Source: Candidatus Pacearchaeota archaeon
GTDB taxonomy: Archaea > Nanobdellota > Nanobdellia > Pacearchaeales > GW2011-AR1
Length of the DNA: 64,000 nt
NCBI GenBank assembly: GCA_018303995.1
Contig: JAGVXB010000013.1
Location: forward strand, 27,490-91,489
Direction: 5' to 3'
A program made the translations under genes and the position numbers. Positions 58,501-64,000 of the stretch are shown in pieces (the stretch's first letter is position 1; each line of letters starts with the position of its first letter). The notes under the pieces were generated by a model. That model saw only the letters and a list, made by a program, of their open reading frames with translations, had not been told where the DNA came from and did no database searches.

Positions 58501-60883
58501 CATCTTTACAATCACCTCTAATTCTTTCAATTAAAGCCTTTCTAGCTTCAATATCATCAAAAGATTCCCCTGCAAAAAATCCTTCTCTATTAAGATACAT
58601 ACTACTTTTTTCTATACTAGAAGTAACTTCATTAGTTTTTTTAATAGCTTTAACCCTAGCTTCAACACTTTTCTTTATATCAGGAGAATGAGTATTATAA
58701 CATTCTGTCAAAGTTGACGAACCTGGCTTCTTAGCATTAACCTCATTTTGACAAATCTTAGTCCATCCGTTATCTCCTGACATCGCATCACGCCTAGCAC
58801 GAGTTTCTCCATCTAAGCCCGTAATAAAATTCTTAACTATTAAAACACCTGCAGTAGCAAAACAAGCTCCCTTCAGCCCACGAACAACATTCCCTAAATT
58901 ATTAGAGATAGACTGCCATTGTTTTATTGTCTTATTCAAATTTTCAATTCTTTTCTTAGCCTTAGAAGGCGTAAGCTCAATAGCCCTCTTTTCAATTCCA
59001 ATTCCAACAGTAAAATTACCAACAGTGCTTGACCGAGTTACTGGAGAAATAGTTAACTTGACAAAAGTTTGAACATCTATATTAGAAACTTTAACAACTC
59101 CCCCACACGCAGTAACTGTAGAACCTCTCAAACTAAGAAGACCTTTGTAATCTTTATTATTTTGCCTAGAATTAGAACAATCTACATTAACATTAACAGT
59201 TTCTGCATCTTTAATAGAAAGCAATGTAACATTTCCTATACTTAAACTTGCAGTTTTTCCTAACTCTACAACTTTTTCTTCTATTTTATCAGCAGTGCTC
59301 CAAGTAATTTTAGCACTGGATTTCTTTTCAGATTCAAGAACTTCTATAAGTTTTATAATATGAAAACCATCATCTGTTTCAACTTTTTGTCCCGCAACAG
59401 AACTATCTCTAGTATAAAGACTATTCAAAATACCGATAAACTCAACAGAATTCTTTCCATCAGGATACAATTGAAGATATTTTTCTATAAGTTTGGCAGC
59501 AGTATTTTTCTTCTCCTTATCTTTAGACAAATAAATAGCAGCACTTAACGCTTTTTCACCATAAAACTCTGCAAGATTGTTTTTCTCATTACCATAAGAA
59601 TCAGCAACCTCTTCGTAATATTTAGTCGCATTATTTATATATCTCTCAAGTTCTCCATAATTAGCATCAATAAGTTTATTTTGAGAAACAGGCCTCACAG
59701 AATAAATAGGCACTATTTGAGATTTAGAATCACTAATTTTAGTAATATTATACTCCGTCTCGCCACTCTTTTTGTTTACTATAACTGCATTAAGAATATA
59801 TTTATTGTTAAAATTAACTTTAAATCCGTCTTCAACAGCATACACTTCATCGCCAACTTTAAGCAATTGCACTGAACTAAATAGTTTAAAAGTTTCTCTT
59901 CCACAACTAATATCTACATCTCCTTTATTAGAATTTCCGGAAACTTTCCTAACCACACACTTATCACTCAAAAATCTAGAACCTTCATACAAATCAAGAA
60001 CATCATCATCTACTTTAATTCTAGCAATTACTGAAGGCGAAACAAAATCAGAATAACTAAACTGAAGAGAAGTCTGACAATAACTTCCAGGAAGATAAAC
60101 AGAACCAGGTTGCGGCTGATTTTTTCTTAAACCTATTTCTGAATATTTTATATCTCCTGAATAAAGTTCTACTTTTATTGAATCAGTATTTACATCTTTA
60201 ACCCTTACAGAAAATTTTCCCCCAAAAAATGTTTGTTTGTTTTTAGCAACTTTCCACTCTTCATCCGAGTTCTCTCTAAGAAGCATTTCAGTAGTCCCTA
60301 TGCCTACAGAATTTCCAGAATAATAATCCACACTTGCAGACAAAGTAAAGTTAAAGAATTTAGGCAGACTCGTCTCATTAGCATTCCTCTTCAAAACAAC
60401 AACAACATATCCAATATTACTTTTCAAAGGACTACCTAACAAAGTATTGGTTGTCCTTAATGCCGCATTAGCTGGATGAAATCCAACTCCAGCAACCTCA
60501 GGCGGATAACGTCCATTAAAACGCAGATTTCTAATCTGTTTAATATCTATTATAGGATTAATCTGCAATAAATCCAACTGACAGAAAACAGGTACATTCT
60601 GCTCTGCAATTAAATCGCTCCTTACAACAGCAGGCTGACATCCAACAGGAGAAACCTGAATCAATATATCTTGATTATCAGAACATTCAGCCCTATTAGA
60701 AAGAACAGGCCAATAAGTAGCAACTTGCGAACCATAATAACTATTAAAACTGCTCCCATAATTAACATAACTTGCAGTACCACTCCTTCCTCCAAAAAAA
60801 GCCCCTCCAGAACCTTGAACCTGAGCACTAACAAAAGAAAACAAAAACAAAATCAAAGCAAAGAATAAAAATAATTTTCTCAT
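55592..60883 (-). CDS. Giant (1763 aa) Cys-rich secreted protein of unknown function
   Basis: Signal peptide, many paired Cys, internal amphipathic/hydrophobic helices; coupled to the upstream gene. Confidence 0.85.
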   Translation of the reverse strand: MRKLFLFFALILFLFSFVSAQVQGSGGAFFGGRSGTASYVNYGSSFNSYYGSQVATYWPVLSNRAECSDNQDILIQVSPVGCQPAVVRSDLIAEQNVPVFCQLDLLQINPIIDIKQIRNLRFNGRYPPEVAGVGFHPANAALRTTNTLLGSPLKSNIGYVVVVLKRNANETSLPKFFNFTLSASVDYYSGNSVGIGTTEMLLRENSDEEWKVAKNKQTFFGGKFSVRVKDVNTDSIKVELYSGDIKYSEIGLRKNQPQPGSVYLPGSYCQTSLQFSYSDFVSPSVIARIKVDDDVLDLYEGSRFLSDKCVVRKVSGNSNKGDVDISCGRETFKLFSSVQLLKVGDEVYAVEDGFKVNFNNKYILNAVIVNKKSGETEYNITKISDSKSQIVPIYSVRPVSQNKLIDANYGELERYINNATKYYEEVADSYGNEKNNLAEFYGEKALSAAIYLSKDKEKKNTAAKLIEKYLQLYPDGKNSVEFIGILNSLYTRDSSVAGQKVETDDGFHIIKLIEVLESEKKSSAKITWSTADKIEEKVVELGKTASLSIGNVTLLSIKDAETVNVNVDCSNSRQNNKDYKGLLSLRGSTVTACGGVVKVSNIDVQTFVKLTISPVTRSSTVGNFTVGIGIEKRAIELTPSKAKKRIENLNKTIKQWQSISNNLGNVVRGLKGACFATAGVLIVKNFITGLDGETRARRDAMSGDNGWTKICQNEVNAKKPGSSTLTECYNTHSPDIKKSVEARVKAIKKTNEVTSSIEKSSMYLNREGFFAGESFDDIEARKALIERIRGDCKDVKFNSENVEKDVVGLLPEKVDNENVKQYGYSQLRDIYYNCQTVNSADSEQGLKKAKTDLSVIGKSIEDRKKYENTQGLYNGISVYPIDDGKPHGKYSGDTVEKLKGKSITGFPAELSGNTPAQVVMGENGKSYLVTFNPDKDNKYIVDKVYSLNDKVVGSKIENWKRDVGKLPASFDLINSAKYNNQFAPGELTVRYFDTEPYKGTPAVVPFDLTRGFYAVTTQSLPILGQTKSYESNGRPSSFYVCNVMDDKYIGFYSPNYGDDECVQFNIYTGQPFTSFPGLSESDTKKLVSDAIRALEEAAQQYGKKSVKIGGNMINVGNSAALLPGSQCQTYMSAEDCKLLFNVCDPVICPVSRCNLGGTYYVSDVIQSGIIGSALLCLPNIKEGIVMPVCLTGLKAGIDGYLSILKSHQQCLQEAVDTGKYVGICDQINSVYMCEFFWRQAAPIAKAALPKLIEYMYTGGQGNVRGGGEYMTVKDSWQNMEDSASYFTQNYAANSFEAFKIRNVEEAGTEVCRAFVSVKGPKTFETLVEPDSPAQFHAWYSAIDFTDATVPATSQYKVFYHIFAGNDRGVSYSVYLKDPPADVQYSSNPVVVVANGFAAKGQYATESKDFTAPKGYKQLCVRINDKEECGFKQVSSSFAVDYVKDSILSDELTRTDITTESECVSGSVSPAALLNPNLQSVGEEALNPAIYNRGIVRICATSNPGSATDPVRFVKVGDCGSPRMGCWLDKNSVSKTIEAGNVGLKNQTLSEINAIQKSNFEESGEFKSKGDIKTKLDEIKVRIRQVTETTIGLILKDLDDLFDNAFWNEDKAEILLSKATVYENMFKNSIGGAKVSGAPAVAVTPSAGAESASGVSGERVLSFVKEPKTGRDYIWVNVGESDQKNTGIFIIGEGVFFDNVGRIGHVDDGRIIFEGKGDVDLVDDAFEINGVYELFKEQTITVDQIQTGSYNLDVGNTLSGRVEL

Positions 60884-62721
60884 TGGAATTTCAATTGCAC
60901 TCCCAGTGTTTCAAACACTTCATAATTATATTGCAACTGTTCAAGTGAATTAGGAACGGGCAATTCACTAACATCAATTATAACTTTGCCATTTTCAAGT
61001 TCACTTCCAAGAATATAATAATCCTCAAGCTTACCCCCGCCACGTAAAGCATAATCTATCTTAGTAGCCGGAATTTCAACAGGAACACATTCTTCTTTAG
61101 TGCCTCCAAATATTCCTATAATCCCTCCGCGACTAACTTCAAAACACTCAGTCTTAGTAGTTGCAGGAATAACAACATTAGAATTGCCATAAACAAAAGC
61201 CTTAATATTATACAATCCCTCTTTCAAAGTAACTTTATTCATTTCTGGAAGAACAACATTTGCCGAATAATCTTCTCCAGTAAAATGAACTACAGCAGTA
61301 GAATTTCTCACAACTTTTCCACCCAAACGAATTTCAACATCAAGAGAATATTCCTTCTCTAAAATAATTTCAGCAAAACTTTGAGAATTAGAAGAAAACA
61401 AAACCTTAGAATCTGCATATCCATCAGCAGTAGCAACCAACTGCCCATTAACACAAACAGGTATCTTAGCATTCAATCCCAAAACAGTAGTTTCTCCGAT
61501 ATCGCATGAACTATCAAAACAATTATAACTAACATTTGCAGAAACTGGATTCAATTGAGAATCATAAGTATTAACAGTTACACTATTTTCAGCAAACGAG
61601 CAAACATCAACATCAGATTCATCAGAAATCTCACTATAAACAGGCTCACCAACAACATTATTATCTATATCCACAACAACAGGAAACTGAAAGTTCTCTA
61701 AACCATCACCAATCTGCACAAGCACAGGAAATCTTAAATCATATACAAAATGATAAGGCACATAACAGAACCCCATTATTCCAAGCCCTTCCTGAGTTCC
61801 CACAGGCTCAGCAACCATAAGTGCCTGAGAAGCAGGAGTTATTTCTATTTTACTCGGAAATTCTTCAGCCAAATACATTAAATTAACTGGCTCTTTAACA
61901 TTATTATTAACTGTAAAGTACTTATCTTTTTTATTTCCTCCAGAAAATCCAATAGCTCCGATATTCGCAGACAAACTGTTCTTAATTTCAGAAACTACTT
62001 CAGGAGTCTTCCATATTTTAGGACTACATTGAACTTCAACACCATCAACAGGAGCATAAGACTGCAAAACGTCTAAAGCATAATTCTCCAAAAATAAAGA
62101 GCCCCTTTCATAATTATTAATAGAAACAGCATCTTTGTAAAGAAGTCCTAATTTGCTATTTACATTTGCCTTATGAGTTATCTTTCTAGCACTGTCTTCA
62201 TCAAAATAAACGCTCAAAGGAGCATCAACACTAACTAAAACAGAATTATCTTCAATATTAACGGACACCGCAGGCTCACTCTTCTCAATGATAAATCCAC
62301 GAGCAGTAAAATCAGAAAAATCACAATCATTAACTCTTTCAGAAACAAAATCCTCAATTTCAGACTCCATATCTCCAACGGTAGGAACATTATTTATAAC
62401 TAAATTATTCTCTGAAAATCCATACCAATAAGGAATCTTAACCCCTAAAAAATTCAAATGTGTCGAAAAAGGACTAAAGTCACTTGCACGAGTCAACTCA
62501 CCAATATCAATTCTCCCACCTTGAGACGAAAGCAAACTTATCCCATTAGATGCTTCTTCAGATATACAAGCATCATAACGAGCATAAACAGGCGCAAGCC
62601 CAGCAGGAATATTACTCCCAAAAATAGAATCCTTGAAAGAGATAAACAAAACAATAATTCCAACAACAACAATAGCAATAATTACAAATATAGTTACCTG
62701 CCCAATTCGATTATTCATCAT
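60880..62721 (-). CDS. Large protein with a class III (archaeal pilin-like) signal peptide (start corrected to MMNNRIGQ)
   Basis: R-I-G|QVTIFVIIAIVVVGIIVLF prepilin-type motif; Cys-containing extracellular domain. Confidence 0.82.
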   Translation of the reverse strand: MMNNRIGQVTIFVIIAIVVVGIIVLFISFKDSIFGSNIPAGLAPVYARYDACISEEASNGISLLSSQGGRIDIGELTRASDFSPFSTHLNFLGVKIPYWYGFSENNLVINNVPTVGDMESEIEDFVSERVNDCDFSDFTARGFIIEKSEPAVSVNIEDNSVLVSVDAPLSVYFDEDSARKITHKANVNSKLGLLYKDAVSINNYERGSLFLENYALDVLQSYAPVDGVEVQCSPKIWKTPEVVSEIKNSLSANIGAIGFSGGNKKDKYFTVNNNVKEPVNLMYLAEEFPSKIEITPASQALMVAEPVGTQEGLGIMGFCYVPYHFVYDLRFPVLVQIGDGLENFQFPVVVDIDNNVVGEPVYSEISDESDVDVCSFAENSVTVNTYDSQLNPVSANVSYNCFDSSCDIGETTVLGLNAKIPVCVNGQLVATADGYADSKVLFSSNSQSFAEIILEKEYSLDVEIRLGGKVVRNSTAVVHFTGEDYSANVVLPEMNKVTLKEGLYNIKAFVYGNSNVVIPATTKTECFEVSRGGIIGIFGGTKEECVPVEIPATKIDYALRGGGKLEDYYILGSELENGKVIIDVSELPVPNSLEQLQYNYEVFETLGVQLKFQ

Positions 62722-62848
62722 TTTTATCTCCTTTAACAACTTTCTCCTTGACAAGCTCGATAATTGCAGTATTAATATCTTTATCTATACTCTCCTTAAA
62801 CTTCTCCCATAACTTCTCGTCCTCAATCAAAAGTAAATACTTTTTCAA
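62711..62848 (-). CDS. 45-aa RHH-like protein, paralog of 50655..50810
   Basis: Not in the ORF track: TTG start after a GAGGT SD; MKKYLLLIEDEKLWEKFKESIDKDINTAIIELVKEKVVKGDKNDE. Confidence 0.7.
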   Translation of the reverse strand: MKKYLLLIEDEKLWEKFKESIDKDINTAIIELVKEKVVKGDKNDE

Positions 62849-62927
62849 ATTACAACCTCTCCTTCCAAGACAATTTTCACCATAACCTCAAACAACAAAA
62901 AGCAAAGGGAGTATATAAATATTATTA

Positions 62928-62963
62928 GTAACTTAGTCAGTAAGTTACTTACTTAGTAAGTAA
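62928..62963. promoter_or_regulatory. Two overlapping palindromes GTAACTTA-gtcag-TAAGTTAC and TTACTTACT-t-AGTAAGTAA
   Basis: Perfect 8- and 9-bp arms; contains the TTACTTAGTAA core also seen at 50812. Confidence 0.65.
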
Positions 62964-62995
62964 AACGTTAAATAAAAGAAAGGATTCCTGAATAA

Positions 62996-63742
62996 ATGCG
63001 CATCAAAGTATTACAGTGGAACATTCTGTATAAGGAGAAAATAAAAAATGTATTAGAAACAATAAAAGAATTACAACCAGATATTATTTGTCTTCAAGAA
63101 GCTACTCAAGAGAGCCCATTTAATAACTATATAGATACTATAAAGTTTGTCGCAGATAACCTATCTTTCTGCCACATTTTTGCTCCAGGACAAAAATTCC
63201 TTCCAGAAGGAAATATTACAGGCAATGCAATAATCTCAAGATATCCATTAAAAGAAATAGAAATTGGTATATTGCAAAAAGAAAAACAAGATTTTAATGA
63301 CGAAACCCCTGAAGGAAGATCTTATGTTAAAGCAAAACTAATTTTACCAGAAAACAAACAGGCAACAATAGTTACAACACATATGACTTTCACCCCTTTT
63401 TTTAGAGACAATTTAGAAAAAACAGAAGAAAACAAAAAAATAATCAAATTTCTGAAAAAAGAAAGGGACCCATTAATATTTACAGGAGATTTTAATTCTC
63501 CTCCAAGTTCAAATATCGTGGCAGAATTAAATAAGTTCATGAAGCATGCTGGTCCAGATTTCAATCAAAAAACATGGACAACCAAGTTACCATTCCAGTA
63601 CAGAGGTTTTGAAGAAAAAGAGTTTCTAAAATGGCGACTGGATTATATTTTCGTAAGTAAAGGGATCAAGATATATTCGTCCAAAATAATAGAAACTAGA
63701 TTTAGTGACCATTTACCAATATTGGCAGAACTAGAAATCTAA
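62996..63742 (+). CDS. Endonuclease/exonuclease/phosphatase (EEP) family protein
   Basis: QWNI, DIICLQE, GNAIISRYP, GDFN, LDYIF, SDHLP. Confidence 0.93.
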   Translation: MRIKVLQWNILYKEKIKNVLETIKELQPDIICLQEATQESPFNNYIDTIKFVADNLSFCHIFAPGQKFLPEGNITGNAIISRYPLKEIEIGILQKEKQDFNDETPEGRSYVKAKLILPENKQATIVTTHMTFTPFFRDNLEKTEENKKIIKFLKKERDPLIFTGDFNSPPSSNIVAELNKFMKHAGPDFNQKTWTTKLPFQYRGFEEKEFLKWRLDYIFVSKGIKIYSSKIIETRFSDHLPILAELEI

Positions 63743-63769
63743 AAAGTAAATCCCCAAACCACAACCGAC

Positions 63770-64000
63770 CTAATAAGGAGACCGAACCTTCAAGCCATCA
63801 ATCTTCTCAAAATCTTTTACATTTCGCGTCAGCAATTCAGCCTTACAAATAATAGCCGTAGCAGCAATAATAGAATCAGGCATATCTGTTCCATAAATTC
63901 TTGATAAATCTCCTGCTTTAAGAGCAATCATATTATCGACCGGGATTTTACTTAATCCATTAAGCATATTAATCACAAGAGATCTAACATTATTATCAAA
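63770..64000 (-). CDS. PIN-domain toxin (5' end off window)
   Basis: MPDSIIAATA...LLTRNVKDF; the frame stays open to the window edge. Confidence 0.85.
   Translation of the reverse strand, partial: FDNNVRSLVINMLNGLSKIPVDNMIALKAGDLSRIYGTDMPDSIIAATAIICKAELLTRNVKDFEKIDGLKVRSPY

Noticed and set aside
50812-62963. ACTTA/TAAGT repeats as a CRISPR array or replication origin
   Set aside because: There is no regular repeat-spacer periodicity, no cas or cdc6 gene nearby, and no ORB-like G-string.
320-63564. Many short ORF-track entries antisense to or nested in long genes (e.g. 320..577, 3618..4022, 17440..17853, 37433..37822, 48171..48626, 56132..60868 series, 63322..63564)
   Set aside because: They are shadow ORFs of well-supported genes on the opposite strand or in another frame, with no recognisable motifs.

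Overview
This window is a gene-dense, AT-rich archaeal chromosome segment, most consistent with a DPANN (Nanobdellota, probably Pacearchaeota-like) genome. It carries core information-processing genes: TBP, TFB, TFE, RpoL, ATP-dependent DNA ligase, RadB, NreA, ScpB, EndA, RNase Z, Sm, rps8e, rps17e, AlaRS, LeuRS and GlyRS. It also has three tRNAs (Met/Ile2-CAT, Cys-GCA and an intron-containing Arg-TCT) and three PIN-toxin loci. Many small accessory cassettes differ in composition from the core genes. The most notable observations are five. (1) A divergent stand-alone AlaRS catalytic-domain paralog with a rewired amino-acid pocket sits in a TrmB-bracketed cassette with a methyltransferase and a PRTase. 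(2) Two unannotated paralogous RHH-like mini-genes share an ACTTA/TAAGT palindromic operator, and each heads an operon of large surface proteins. (3) Two free-standing LAGLIDADG endonucleases each abut the 3' end of a tRNA gene. (4) There are unusual fusions: acylphosphatase-UppS, ArsR-TM-beta-propeller, ScpB-GT2 and surface protein-PRC barrel. (5) Several frameshifts or short deletions, including one in alaS, suggest consensus errors, so junction-type observations need read-level checks. All calls come from reading motifs by eye; no database searches were run.
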